DNA of 64,000 nucleotides from Myxococcota bacterium (GTDB lineage Bacteria; Myxococcota; UBA4151). The translations under genes were made by a program, and so were the position numbers. Numbering within the stretch: the first letter of the stretch is position 1; every line of letters starts with the position of its first letter. The notes beneath the pieces were generated by a model. That model did no database searches. It worked only from the letters and a program-made list of their open reading frames with translations, and was not told the origin of the DNA. Location of the stretch: assembly GCA_040260805.1 (NCBI GenBank), contig JBDQPD010000001.1:4802-68801 (forward strand). Direction: 5' to 3'. Shown one piece after another: positions 26,456 through 36,333 of the stretch.

Positions 26456-27852
26456 GGTCTCTCCGGTCCGCCATCTCGGTCCACTAAAGATTGAGGGAGG
26501 AGTTGGCTGTATTGTTCATACAGATCGCTGACATGCTCTGCATAGCGCGTCGCGACGAGGCCCTGACAAACACCGTGTCTGGCTTCTCGGTAAAATTCGC
26601 GCTGAGCCAGTAAGGGCAGGGTTAAACTGACCCCTTGGTCCCAAAGCTCCCGGTCTAGGCCGAGCCGGCCAGCGAGCACACGCGCATCATCAACATGTCC
26701 GTGACCCACATTATAAGACGACAGCGCGAGCATGCGTTGATCGTAAGGGCTGCTGGCATTGCGAAAGCGTCGCATTAAGCGCTTTAGGTAACGCGCCGCA
26801 GCCAGACTTGATTGTTTCGGGTCGCTGGGGTCCTCGAGTCCGATCGCTTTCGCGGTGGCCGGCATGAACTGGAACAAGCCTTGAGCGCCCACTTGGCTGG
26901 TCGCGTTGGGATCCTGCGCCGACTCAACCATCATCACGGCTGCGAGCAATCGCCAGTCGACGCCATAGATCGACCCAGCGCTTTTCAGGTCGTTGTCCCA
27001 GCGCGTGATGCGTTTCGCCAGGTCCGTTCGAACCCAGGGTCGTGAGCGCATTCGCATCTGCGTCGGCGCAGCGAAGTATCGAGCGTGCAAAGCTGCTCGG
27101 AGTCGTAACTTAAAATGACGCGCAAAGAAGGTCTTTAGCGCAAGCTGTAGTTGGGGCTTCGAGCGATGACTCCACCAGCTCACCGGGCGTGCGGCCCCCA
27201 TGCCGTGAACAATCACAAAGCGGGGATCGACGATCACAAAGGCTTCGCCGTGTCGCCTGTTCACCGCGACCGCTTGTCCCGAGGCGCGACTTTTTTGCGT
27301 GAGACGTTGCAGCAACTCCCAGTCGTTTGATGCCTCAACGACAGCTTGCGTACACGGAGGTACACACCATCTGGTCAGATCTTCAACAGCGAGCGAGCCG
27401 GACCGAACATGAACCCGGCTTGGTGATTCGCCGCGCCGGCCAACCACGACCGAATCCGTATGGCTGTAAGCCGGTGCTTGGATCCAGTCTGGGCCACCGC
27501 CCCAGGGCTCGGCCGGAATCCAGAGATCAACCTCTCCGCGCCGAACCAGCGTTTCGAGTTGTTCGTCACTGTCGACAATCTGGATCGACAAACGACGGTC
27601 TAGATGTTTGGCGAAGCGAAGGGCTAAATCGTACTCAAAACCTCGGGGGCGACCTCGGTAAATGAAATAGTCAGGTAAACTCTTACGCAACGCCACCCGC
27701 AGCGCGTTGTCGGCTTCTTTGGGTTGGATCTCAGCCTGAGACGATGCGTCTGCCGCGGCTTTACTCTTTGAAACCGGATGCACTGATGGGGTGCAGGCTA
27801 AGGTTAGCAGGGCAAAGGCTAGAGCCAGGGTAGGCACAGCTTGCTTGCACAT
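26452..27852 (-). CDS. Membrane-bound lytic murein transglycosylase F-like protein (SBP_bac_3 domain + SLT domain)
   Basis: Lipoprotein-like N-term (LTLACTP). N-terminal solute-binding-like domain. C-terminal SLT motif VMMVESAQDPNATSQVGAQGLFQFMPATAKAIGL. Confidence 0.75.
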   Translation of the reverse strand: MCKQAVPTLALAFALLTLACTPSVHPVSKSKAAADASSQAEIQPKEADNALRVALRKSLPDYFIYRGRPRGFEYDLALRFAKHLDRRLSIQIVDSDEQLETLVRRGEVDLWIPAEPWGGGPDWIQAPAYSHTDSVVVGRRGESPSRVHVRSGSLAVEDLTRWCVPPCTQAVVEASNDWELLQRLTQKSRASGQAVAVNRRHGEAFVIVDPRFVIVHGMGAARPVSWWSHRSKPQLQLALKTFFARHFKLRLRAALHARYFAAPTQMRMRSRPWVRTDLAKRITRWDNDLKSAGSIYGVDWRLLAAVMMVESAQDPNATSQVGAQGLFQFMPATAKAIGLEDPSDPKQSSLAAARYLKRLMRRFRNASSPYDQRMLALSSYNVGHGHVDDARVLAGRLGLDRELWDQGVSLTLPLLAQREFYREARHGVCQGLVATRYAEHVSDLYEQYSQLLPQSLVDRDGGPERP

Positions 27853-27875
27853 GTTAGCGCCTCCCCAGGAAAGCC

Positions 27876-29609
27876 ATGAAGATCTTCACTCAAACCCGCT
27901 GGCTACTCAATAGCATTGCAATGACAGCATGTGTTGTTGCTTGTGTGAGCGTTCCGCAGGCTTCGTCAACTTCGACGCCATCGTCTGATGCAGCGGTTGA
28001 TACCCAGCCGGTGCAGGCTCCATCGTCCATCGCGCCTGATGTCGACAGCAGTAAGCCGGCTCAACCGAGCGCGGAGCCGCCGGTTGAGATCGCGCCGGCG
28101 GTCGAGAAGAAGACCTTAGACCCGCGCTGGGCGAGTCTAATGCAAGGGGACCTCCAAACCTTGCTCGTCGAGCTTGACCAGGCTGACATTGCGACCTTGA
28201 TGCTCTTAGTGGATCAGCCGATTAGCCCCGCTCAGCAGGCTGCTCATTTACGACTCGCTATGGCTAAACTCCATGAGGGGGTGGCCATTGGACTTCCGCA
28301 AACGGTCCCCCCCGAGCTGTCGCAAGCGCTTGAGCGAACGCGTAAGCTGAGCAGTCAGCTCAACCAGTCCAGGCCGAGGCGCGTGGGTCTTTTGCTGCCT
28401 CAGGACCGAGCCTGGGGTAAGGTTCTCGATCAAGCGTTCCGGTTTGGTTTGGGTGAGTCGAGCGTTGAACTCTTTGCGGCGAGCTCTGAGGACCCCGAAG
28501 CGGGTATGCGCCAGTTGATTTTGGAACATGGCGTGAGTTTGGTGATTTGCGGCCCCTTCTTGAAGAGGGCGCATCGGGCGGCGGTCGTTGCCCAGTTGTT
28601 TAATGTCCCGATGATCAGTTTGGCGCGGGAGCCTGGGCTCGCTGAGCTTGGCGACGCCATTTTCCAAGTGGGGCTAACCAATGAAGCACAGATCGATCGG
28701 TTGGTCGCTGGTGCGATGGAATTGCGCGGCTACAAAAGCTTTGCGGTTTTGTTTCCTCGAACCGCATCGGGGTGGTCGGCGCTCGAGCGATTTACTGCGC
28801 AGGTCGAGGCGCGCGGGGGGCAGGTGAGCAGAAGTCAGCCTTATCTCCGTGGAGAGACGAGCTTTACGCCTTTGATTACGAGCATGGTCGGGCGCGACGC
28901 CGCGGCTCTAAACGCCAACCCTAAATATCGTAAATGTGTTTCCGAGATCGCCGAACATCTCAAGGGCCTTCGGCGTAAACGCCAGGTCGAGTCGTGTCGT
29001 GACCACACCCCCCCGAAGATAGATTTTGATGCCATCTTTGTACCTGATTCAGTGACGACTGTGCGGCAGATTATGCCCTTCATTGAGCTTGCCGATATGG
29101 TCCCTAACCTCAACGAGCGCATGCTCTGGCGGACGCGGAAGGCGACCTCAAATAAAGAGCTCATCGCAACCCCGATCCTCGGCATGCGTCAGCTCAACTC
29201 GATCTTCTTTGCCAGCCGAAGTCGAACCGATGTGGAAGGGAGTTTATTCGTTGATGCCTATTACCCTTACGACAAGAGCAGGCCCCTTCCCGGCGCCTTT
29301 ACTCGCGCCTTTCGAAAAGCGTTCTCACGTCCGCCGGATTTGCTTGAAACCTTAGCTTATGACTTAGGTCTGTTGGTCGCTCACTTAGACTCCAGAGAGC
29401 TTTTGAGCAGCCGTATGATCGTCAAGGGCGCCCTGTCGAAACTCAAGGATTTCGAGACGGTGACAGGACCTTGGACGATGGGTCCACAAGGCCAAGTGCA
29501 GCGACCGCTGTATCTATTGAGCATCCACAAGCGGCGGATCTTAACTGAATCCGACCGAGTTCAAGCCTTGACCCAAAAGAAGTCGAAAAAGCGCCGGCGA
29601 GGGCGTTAA
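27876..29609 (+). CDS. Lipoprotein with periplasmic-binding-protein (type I/6) fold, LpoA-like (possible PBP activator)
   Basis: Lipobox (VVACVS). PBP-like pattern VGLLLPQDRAWGKV...ICGPFLKRAHRAAVV...FAVLFPRTASGW. No adjacent ABC permease genes. Confidence 0.35.
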   Translation: MKIFTQTRWLLNSIAMTACVVACVSVPQASSTSTPSSDAAVDTQPVQAPSSIAPDVDSSKPAQPSAEPPVEIAPAVEKKTLDPRWASLMQGDLQTLLVELDQADIATLMLLVDQPISPAQQAAHLRLAMAKLHEGVAIGLPQTVPPELSQALERTRKLSSQLNQSRPRRVGLLLPQDRAWGKVLDQAFRFGLGESSVELFAASSEDPEAGMRQLILEHGVSLVICGPFLKRAHRAAVVAQLFNVPMISLAREPGLAELGDAIFQVGLTNEAQIDRLVAGAMELRGYKSFAVLFPRTASGWSALERFTAQVEARGGQVSRSQPYLRGETSFTPLITSMVGRDAAALNANPKYRKCVSEIAEHLKGLRRKRQVESCRDHTPPKIDFDAIFVPDSVTTVRQIMPFIELADMVPNLNERMLWRTRKATSNKELIATPILGMRQLNSIFFASRSRTDVEGSLFVDAYYPYDKSRPLPGAFTRAFRKAFSRPPDLLETLAYDLGLLVAHLDSRELLSSRMIVKGALSKLKDFETVTGPWTMGPQGQVQRPLYLLSIHKRRILTESDRVQALTQKKSKKRRRGR

Positions 29610-29619
29610 AAAGATCAAC

Positions 29620-29643
29620 CGGCCAAAAGACCGGTTAACCTAG
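29620..29643 (+). terminator. Possible terminator-like palindrome after the LpoA-like gene
   Basis: AACCGG-CCAAAAGA-CCGGTT hairpin 11 nt after the stop. No T-tract, so weak. Confidence 0.25.
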
Positions 29644-29748
29644 GAAGGACAGGGGGAAGACTCGCCGACCACTCCCCCTCATCCTCTCTCTATATAAAGG
29701 GGCTTGCCCAGTCAACCCGCAGCGCGGGAAGTCCGGCATCAACAGGTC

Positions 29749-30279
29749 TTAAATGGGTGGGTCGGCATAGCCAATGATCGACTGCTCACCCGGACTTCCC
29801 CAAAGCATCACCTGCTCGTGGATTACCCATCCTTGCGTCATGCTCGTGGGCAGAGCGGCCTTGAGGCCATCATCGCTGCACTCGAGCAAGACCCCCATTC
29901 GGTCTGGCGAAAAATTAAAGCGGCCGCGTTGATTCGGCCAATCCAAGATCACGATCATCCCGGCTGTAGGCTTTACGCTCCCCTTGAGATGAAGTCGGTC
30001 TTGACGCTTTAAAAGATGGAGAAGGTTAGCATAGCGCCTGAAAAAATAGGGGCTTTTCGGCGTATTCGCTGCTCCACCGATCTTTCGATAACCGCCGCTA
30101 TCTGAGCGAAAGTCGAGGTTCATGATCGAGCGAAACGACTCTCCAGCCACGAAGGGAACGAGGTCGATTGGGCCAATCGGTCCTTGGCGCCAGTCCCAGT
30201 CGCTCGCAACCGATGCGCCAAGACAACGCTTAGCTCGGTCCAATAAAAGCTGCCTTTGCTTCCCAGTGTTGATAATCAT
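29749..30279 (-). CDS. Hypothetical protein (176 aa), isolated minus-strand ORF
   Basis: ORF only; no recognisable motifs. Could be a non-coding antisense artefact. Confidence 0.25.
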   Translation of the reverse strand: MIINTGKQRQLLLDRAKRCLGASVASDWDWRQGPIGPIDLVPFVAGESFRSIMNLDFRSDSGGYRKIGGAANTPKSPYFFRRYANLLHLLKRQDRLHLKGSVKPTAGMIVILDWPNQRGRFNFSPDRMGVLLECSDDGLKAALPTSMTQGWVIHEQVMLWGSPGEQSIIGYADPPI

Positions 30280-30311
30280 CGCTAAGGATTCGCCGGTCGA
30301 AAGGTGTCGGC

Positions 30312-31895
30312 GTGTTCACTCCACTTCTTGTTCAGTTTAATCCCCTAGTGGGCGATCTTAAAGGCAACCGCAGGCGCCTTCAGGCGATGCTGCGCGAAGC
30401 AAAAGGCTATCCGCTCGCTATCGTACCCGAATTGGCTTTGACTGGCTATCCACCCCGAGACCTTCTCGAGGTAGATGGCTTTGTTGAGCGGTGCGTTCTT
30501 GAGTTGCGAGAGCTCGCTCAGGAACTGAGCGATTGCGGCCCTGTCATCATCGGAGCACCCGCCCCTGCAGAGCGCCCCCCTGGTGTGTTTAATGCAGCAT
30601 GGTTGCTCAGCTCGGGCGAGGCTAAGGTGGTCGCAACGAAACAGCTTTTGCCGGCCTATGATGTCTTTGACGAGCCTCGTCATTTTGTGGCTGGCGAGCC
30701 GATGCCTGTCCTTAATATTTTAGGCCTTCGTATCGGTGTGACCATCTGTGAAGATCTATGGCTGGGCGCTGAAGTCGGCGAACAGGGTCGGTATGGGGTA
30801 TCGCCCGCCGCTCAGCTTGCTGCGGATTGCGATTTGTTGATCAACTTGTCCGCTAGCCCCTATCGTCGGGGGCGTGCTTTGGAGCGCTTAGAGCAAGCTG
30901 CAGCTCTAGCTCGCCGATCAGGCTGCACGCTCGCTATGGTCAACGCCGTGGGTGGCAATGACGAGCTGATTTTTGATGGGCACAGTTTGGTCACCGATGG
31001 ACACAATCACCTCGGTCTACCTGGCTTTTTAGAGTGCGCTAAGATCCCCGGTGCATGGTCGCTTAAAGACGACTTATTCGATCAGGATCGCCAGGCTTTG
31101 GTGATGGGATTACGTGATTACGTTCACAAGTGTGGGGCGGATCGTGTGGTTCTTGGGGTCAGCGGCGGTATTGACTCTGCCTTGGTTGCGGCTTTGGCTG
31201 TCGATGCGCTCGGCGCTGATGCGGTCTTAGGTCTAGCGATGCCGAGTCGGTTTAGTTCTAAGCGCAGCCTCGCTGACGCTCGCTCGCTCGCTGATCAACT
31301 TGGAATCGAGTTGCGTGAGATCCACATTGAGACCGCACACCAGGAGCTGCGTCAGGTGCTGGGCGAGACCCTTGATGTCGCCGGCGTGACCGACGAGAAC
31401 ATCCAGGCTCGCCTGCGCGGGATGATGGTCATGGCGACCTCAAACGCTGAAGGGCGATTTGCGCTTGCGACGGGCAATAAATCAGAATTAGCGGTCGGGT
31501 ACTGCACGCTTTACGGCGATATGTGTGGCGCATTGGCGCCCATTGGCGATCTGTTTAAACGGGACGTCTTTGAGCTCTGTGACCGAGACGACAGGATCCC
31601 CAAGAGCATTGTCCAAGCGCCGCCCTCTGCCGAGCTTAGAGCGGATCAACGGGATGACGACAGTCTGCCTCCTTACGACCGCCTAGACCCTATTTTGGAA
31701 GCTCTATTGGTCGACAAACAGCACCCCTCGGCGATCATCGCTCGCGGGTTTGATCCTGACGAGGTGACCTTGGCGGTGGGTTTAGTGGACCGCAGTGAAT
31801 TTAAGAGGCGCCAAGCAGCGCCGGTTTTACGAGTCAGCAAGAAAGCGTTCGGCATGGGCCGAAGGCAGCCTCTGGCTTGGAAGCGAGGATATTGA
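30312..31895 (+). CDS. nadE: Glutamine-dependent NAD+ synthetase NadE (nitrilase domain + NAD synthetase domain)
   Basis: N-terminal CN-hydrolase domain (ICEDLW). PP-loop GVSGGIDSALVAALAV. 527 aa. Confidence 0.9.
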   Translation: MFTPLLVQFNPLVGDLKGNRRRLQAMLREAKGYPLAIVPELALTGYPPRDLLEVDGFVERCVLELRELAQELSDCGPVIIGAPAPAERPPGVFNAAWLLSSGEAKVVATKQLLPAYDVFDEPRHFVAGEPMPVLNILGLRIGVTICEDLWLGAEVGEQGRYGVSPAAQLAADCDLLINLSASPYRRGRALERLEQAAALARRSGCTLAMVNAVGGNDELIFDGHSLVTDGHNHLGLPGFLECAKIPGAWSLKDDLFDQDRQALVMGLRDYVHKCGADRVVLGVSGGIDSALVAALAVDALGADAVLGLAMPSRFSSKRSLADARSLADQLGIELREIHIETAHQELRQVLGETLDVAGVTDENIQARLRGMMVMATSNAEGRFALATGNKSELAVGYCTLYGDMCGALAPIGDLFKRDVFELCDRDDRIPKSIVQAPPSAELRADQRDDDSLPPYDRLDPILEALLVDKQHPSAIIARGFDPDEVTLAVGLVDRSEFKRRQAAPVLRVSKKAFGMGRRQPLAWKRGY

Positions 31896-32464
31896 TGAGT
31901 AAGAAACGCGTCGTGACCTTGAGTAAGTTGTACACCCGAAGCGGTGATGACGGTTTGACAGGACTCGTTGGCGGCAGGCGCTGCTCCAAGGATGATCTTC
32001 GGGTGATCAGTTATGGTGAAGTGGATGAACTCAACGCCTGCATGGGGCTCTGTGCTCAGCAAGCCCCCGGTGACTTGAGGGGTCTCATTGAGGTCGTTCA
32101 ACAGCGCTTGTTTGACCTGGGCGCCCACCTCGCTGATGGCCGGCCTGAGCCTCAATTGGCTATTGATCAAGCGGACATTGACCAGCTCGAGGCTTGGGTT
32201 GATTCGGCGCTTGAGGGGCTGCCGGACCTCACCAGCTTCGTCTTGCCTGGCGGTGGAGAGTTGAGCGCTCGAATGCATCTCGCCCGAACGGTTTGTCGCC
32301 GAGCCGAGCGCGCGGTCATCACCTCCCAAACGGTCGCTGAACGCTCGCCCTTGGCTTTGATCTATCTGAACCGGCTCAGTGACCTCCTTTTTGCTTGGAG
32401 TCGCCTCGCCGCTCATCAAGAGGGTCACGCCGAGCTCCTTTGGGTTCCCAAACAAAAGGATTAA
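31877..32464 (+). CDS. ATP:cob(I)alamin adenosyltransferase, PduO/MMAB type
   Basis: TRSGDDGLTGLVGGRRCSKDDLRVISYGEVDELNACMG matches the PduO-type signature. Overlaps the nadE stop by 19 nt. Confidence 0.8.
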   Translation: MEARILMSKKRVVTLSKLYTRSGDDGLTGLVGGRRCSKDDLRVISYGEVDELNACMGLCAQQAPGDLRGLIEVVQQRLFDLGAHLADGRPEPQLAIDQADIDQLEAWVDSALEGLPDLTSFVLPGGGELSARMHLARTVCRRAERAVITSQTVAERSPLALIYLNRLSDLLFAWSRLAAHQEGHAELLWVPKQKD

Positions 32465-32550
32465 CCACGTCGTCAAGAAAGCGTGCGTTGGCCGCTCCGC
32501 CGTCCATCCGATAGTCTTCCTTATGATTTCGGTGCATATCGCCGCTGCTA

Positions 32551-33468
32551 TTGGAGACTGATTCGATGAATACCAGCCGCATTTTTGCGCTCTGCACCCT
32601 TATGTTGGTCAACGCCTGTGGTGGCCCCCCGTCGCCGACCGGCGAAAGTTGCAATGTGGATTCGGACTGCCCGGAAGCATCGGTGTGTTTCCAGGGGTTG
32701 TGCCGAGGCTCTGGCGGCGGAAACAATGGCACCGCTGACGCGGGCGTGGTCGCTCAGGATTCGGGTTCGACGGCTCAAGACTCGGGTGCTGTGACGCCAG
32801 CTGACGCGGGCAATGTCACCCCAGCAGATACTGGTGTTGTCGCTCGTCCGGACGCAGGCGGCGACGAATGCGCCAACGCCGATTGTCCCTGTGAAGACGA
32901 GAGCGATTGCCCGTACACCCATTACTGCAACCGCCGCGACGGTCAGTGCTCACCTTTGCCTGAGGGCACCTGCCGCGACGACCGCAGCTGCGTCGGCAAC
33001 TGCAACATCCCCGAAGGTCGCACGGTCGGTCGCTGCGTTGATTGTCAGGTCGATGCAGACTGCGCAGCCCAGGCGCCGCGCACTCGCTGCCTGAACAACA
33101 CCTGCCGTCTTCCTGAAGGGCAATGTGAAAACAATGCCGACTGCGCCAATGGCGAAAATTGTGTTGATGGATCCTGCCAAGGTGGCGGCAACGGTGGGGG
33201 TGGTTGTCAGGATGACTCTGATTGCCTCGCTGGCGAGAGTTGCTTAGCTGGTCAGTGCTTTTCTCCGGGCGGCGGCTTGCCGGGCGGTTGCGCGGAGCAC
33301 GCGGACTGCGGCGCTGATGAGCAGTGCCTAGCGAACACCTGCCTGAGTAAGTGCAACGTGGGCAATCTCGGCTTACTGTGCTCGCTCCCTCCTCCAGGGG
33401 ACGCCCTGTGCATCTGCCAGATCGCTGGCGGTCTGAGTTGCAATCAGACCACGGGTTACTGCGAGTAA
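32551..33468 (+). CDS. Cys-rich repeat lipoprotein (secreted)
   Basis: Lipobox LVNACGG. About ten repeats of C-x(2-3)-(D/N)SDC-x(5-8)-C-x(3-5)-C. Gly-rich linkers. Confidence 0.5.
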   Translation: METDSMNTSRIFALCTLMLVNACGGPPSPTGESCNVDSDCPEASVCFQGLCRGSGGGNNGTADAGVVAQDSGSTAQDSGAVTPADAGNVTPADTGVVARPDAGGDECANADCPCEDESDCPYTHYCNRRDGQCSPLPEGTCRDDRSCVGNCNIPEGRTVGRCVDCQVDADCAAQAPRTRCLNNTCRLPEGQCENNADCANGENCVDGSCQGGGNGGGGCQDDSDCLAGESCLAGQCFSPGGGLPGGCAEHADCGADEQCLANTCLSKCNVGNLGLLCSLPPPGDALCICQIAGGLSCNQTTGYCE

Positions 33469-33469
33469 G

Positions 33470-33829
33470 CTAAGGCATCGCCAAGGTCACACAAAAGCCT
33501 TGAGCCTGCCGCAGCAGGCGCAACGGTAGCCGCGCTCGTGAGGTTTCGATCTCGAGATCGACAAAGTCCGGCGCGGACTCAACGACGGTCATCCGATCGA
33601 TGCCCCCGTAGCGCCCAGCGAGCCTTTTGAGAAACACCTTAGGGGCTTCTCCAGAGCTATGCAGCCCGAGACTTGATAAGCGCTCCTGTGCGTCGGCGCA
33701 GAGCTGCTCATAGGCTTGATCAGCGCGCCCTTCGGCGAGATCTCGAAGCCAGTTAGCGGCAAAGGTCTCGGGGTCGGGCTTGCTCGAGCACCCTAGAGTC
33801 AAGACAAGACTGACCCATAGGATACGCAT
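33470..33829 (-). CDS. Small lipoprotein, hypothetical
   Basis: MRILWVSLVLTLGCSS lipobox. Start chosen so it abuts the MMPL gene stop. Confidence 0.35.
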   Translation of the reverse strand: MRILWVSLVLTLGCSSKPDPETFAANWLRDLAEGRADQAYEQLCADAQERLSSLGLHSSGEAPKVFLKRLAGRYGGIDRMTVVESAPDFVDLEIETSRARLPLRLLRQAQGFCVTLAMP

Positions 33830-36324
33830 CAGGACGCTTTTCGTTGCCGCCACCGCTCACTGACGGCGAGGATAGCGGGGAGTGTTAGCAGATCCGCAAG
33901 CAGCGCGAGGCTAATACAGATGGCCGATAGATTACCAAAGTCTCGCAGACCATTGAACTCGCTCGGGATGAGCATCGAGAACCCCATCACCAACATCATC
34001 GTCGTAAAGACGACGGGTCGTCCGGCGTGCAGGATCGTGGCGTTCAGGCTCTGATCAAAATCCTGCGTTTTCTGCTCTTGGCGAAATCGCACTAAGAAGT
34101 GGATCGTGTCATCCACCACCACGCCCATGCACATGGCAAAGATAATCACCGTCGAGATACGCAGACTCAGCCCTGTAATGCTCATGATCCCCATGGTCAG
34201 GACCAAGGGCAGTAGGTTCGGCATCATCGCGAGCACGCCCTGCCGCACTGATCGAAGGACAATCACGAACATAACTCCAATGAGCGCAAAGGCGAGCAAC
34301 AAGCTGGTCATCATGTCAACGACGACGGCTTCTACGGCTCGATTAGCTAGTTTACTGCCTCCGGTTAGGGTCCCATTGACCGCGCCAGGCCAGGCGCTGA
34401 GTTCTTCTTCTATCCATTTAATATCATGCGAAAAAAGTGAGGACCCCGAGTCTTTCTTGAGCGCCCCAATACGAACCGCCACGACCCGATCAGCCGACAA
34501 CTTTGCAGCCGTCTTGAGCTCGACCGGCGACTCGTTCACCTCATCGTCTTCGATGATCATTTCGTCATCATCGCCGCCCAACGCATCCTCCAAGACCGAC
34601 ACCTGATCGGCTTGTGGATCATCAAGATAAGGCCGAGTCATCAGATCATCATCGAGCACCATCAGCGCCAGGAGGGCTTCGATCTGATCCTGGCGCTTGG
34701 GCAGCGCTTTTCGGTCGCCAGCTTGGTTTGAGTCCCACAGGCCGTGAAGACTCCCTATGAGATCAGCGAGGCTTAGACTCTTGATTCCCGCTGGGCTCTT
34801 ATCCAGGCGCTCCTGGAGCGCCGCCATGCGCGCAAGGTTCGCCGGACTGATCAATTCGTTGCGGGGTCCTTCGAGGACGATATCAAAAGGCATAGCGCCC
34901 ATGAAATCTCGCTCTAGATTAGTCAGAGCTTGCTGCGCAGGGTGATCCTCTTGGATCTCTTCAAGCGCTCTCGAGAAGGGCGTGATCTGACTTGAGAACG
35001 CAACCCCTGCGATAAAGAGCACCGCCGAAACCACAGTGATGGCTCCAGGTCGAGCCCGCACGAACCGACTGACCGCAGGAAGCACGACCCGATTAAGCCA
35101 GCGGTCTTCGTTGCTTTGACGGTTTCCGGGTTTCGGGGGAGCGATCAACAACAGCGCAGGCACTACGCTGAGGGTGAAAAACCAGGCCAGCGCAATGCCG
35201 CAGGCAGCCGCAAGCCCATAGGCACGGACGAGTTCGACACGCGCCACACCGAGCGAGGCAAAGCCGATCACCGTAGTCGCGGTCGTTAGGGAGATGGCGG
35301 GAAGCATAGCTCGCCAGCCCTCAAGCAGCGCCTGATAGGGGGGCTGATTTTGGTCTAGACCCTCTTCCACGCGCGTCACCAAGTGTATCGCATCACCAAT
35401 CCCAATCACCAAGATCACGGTGACCGTTGAGAAGTTGATGATGTTGATGGCGCCGCCCGTAAGCTTCATCAGACCGAGCCACCAAATGCTGGCGAGCGCG
35501 ACGCTCAAAAACGGCAGCAAGGCGTAGCGAAGCCGCCGAAACGCTAGCCATAAAAACACCACCATGCCGATGCCGACTAAAGGCTGTCGTCCGACGAGCT
35601 CAGCGCGCATCGTTCGGATGATATCGTTTTGAATGTAGGGGATCCCGGTCGTTTGAACCGAAACCTTTGGGTAATCCTTTTGCCAGCCACGCAGCAAGGT
35701 CCGGAGCTTTTCGAGGTAGCGCATACGCACCGCGTCGCTCCGAAGGTCGCAATGCACCCTTGCCATCACGAGGGTTGAGCGCCCGTTGTCGCTGATTAAT
35801 CGCCCCTTGAGCAGAGGGTGTCCCATCAGCTCTTTTTCAGTTCGCTCGGCGGATCCAAACCCTGTATCTTCATAGAGCGGTTCGATCTGGACCGTCTCGT
35901 TACGTCGCCGAAAAACGCTGGCGTTGCTCAGGCTTTGGATGCGGTCGAACGCGCCGCCATCGTTGTTCCCAGGGTTGCTGCACCCTTCGAGACGGCGCAG
36001 GGGTTCATCGTCGGCATCGAAGGCTAGTTTTTCGATGCGCTGATGCAGGTTGCGTAAAGCCTCGAGGGTTTCGGGCTCAAACCAAGTATCTTGGGTCAAT
36101 GAGAGCAAGACGATGGCGTCGCTGTCGTCTTCGGAAAAGCGCTCTTTGACTCGCTCTAAAATCTCTTGGTCTTTACCATCTTGAACGAAGAGTTTGTTGA
36201 CCGTGAAATCAAAGGGGACACTGATCGCAGCAGGCACGAAGACCAAAGCCGTGAGCAGCACCACAGCGCACAAGACACCCCAGGCGAGCAGCAAGGCTTT
36301 GCGAGGCGTTTGAGGCGGGGGCAT
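33829..36324 (-). CDS. RND-superfamily exporter of the MMPL/HpnN-like family (two MMPL/SSD halves)
   Basis: 831 aa. Two 5-6 TM bundles each following a large periplasmic loop. Typical MMPL/SecDF-like topology and Gly-rich TM motifs. Confidence 0.75.
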   Translation of the reverse strand: MPPPQTPRKALLLAWGVLCAVVLLTALVFVPAAISVPFDFTVNKLFVQDGKDQEILERVKERFSEDDSDAIVLLSLTQDTWFEPETLEALRNLHQRIEKLAFDADDEPLRRLEGCSNPGNNDGGAFDRIQSLSNASVFRRRNETVQIEPLYEDTGFGSAERTEKELMGHPLLKGRLISDNGRSTLVMARVHCDLRSDAVRMRYLEKLRTLLRGWQKDYPKVSVQTTGIPYIQNDIIRTMRAELVGRQPLVGIGMVVFLWLAFRRLRYALLPFLSVALASIWWLGLMKLTGGAINIINFSTVTVILVIGIGDAIHLVTRVEEGLDQNQPPYQALLEGWRAMLPAISLTTATTVIGFASLGVARVELVRAYGLAAACGIALAWFFTLSVVPALLLIAPPKPGNRQSNEDRWLNRVVLPAVSRFVRARPGAITVVSAVLFIAGVAFSSQITPFSRALEEIQEDHPAQQALTNLERDFMGAMPFDIVLEGPRNELISPANLARMAALQERLDKSPAGIKSLSLADLIGSLHGLWDSNQAGDRKALPKRQDQIEALLALMVLDDDLMTRPYLDDPQADQVSVLEDALGGDDDEMIIEDDEVNESPVELKTAAKLSADRVVAVRIGALKKDSGSSLFSHDIKWIEEELSAWPGAVNGTLTGGSKLANRAVEAVVVDMMTSLLLAFALIGVMFVIVLRSVRQGVLAMMPNLLPLVLTMGIMSITGLSLRISTVIIFAMCMGVVVDDTIHFLVRFRQEQKTQDFDQSLNATILHAGRPVVFTTMMLVMGFSMLIPSEFNGLRDFGNLSAICISLALLADLLTLPAILAVSERWRQRKAS

Positions 36325-36333
36325 GACCGAAGA

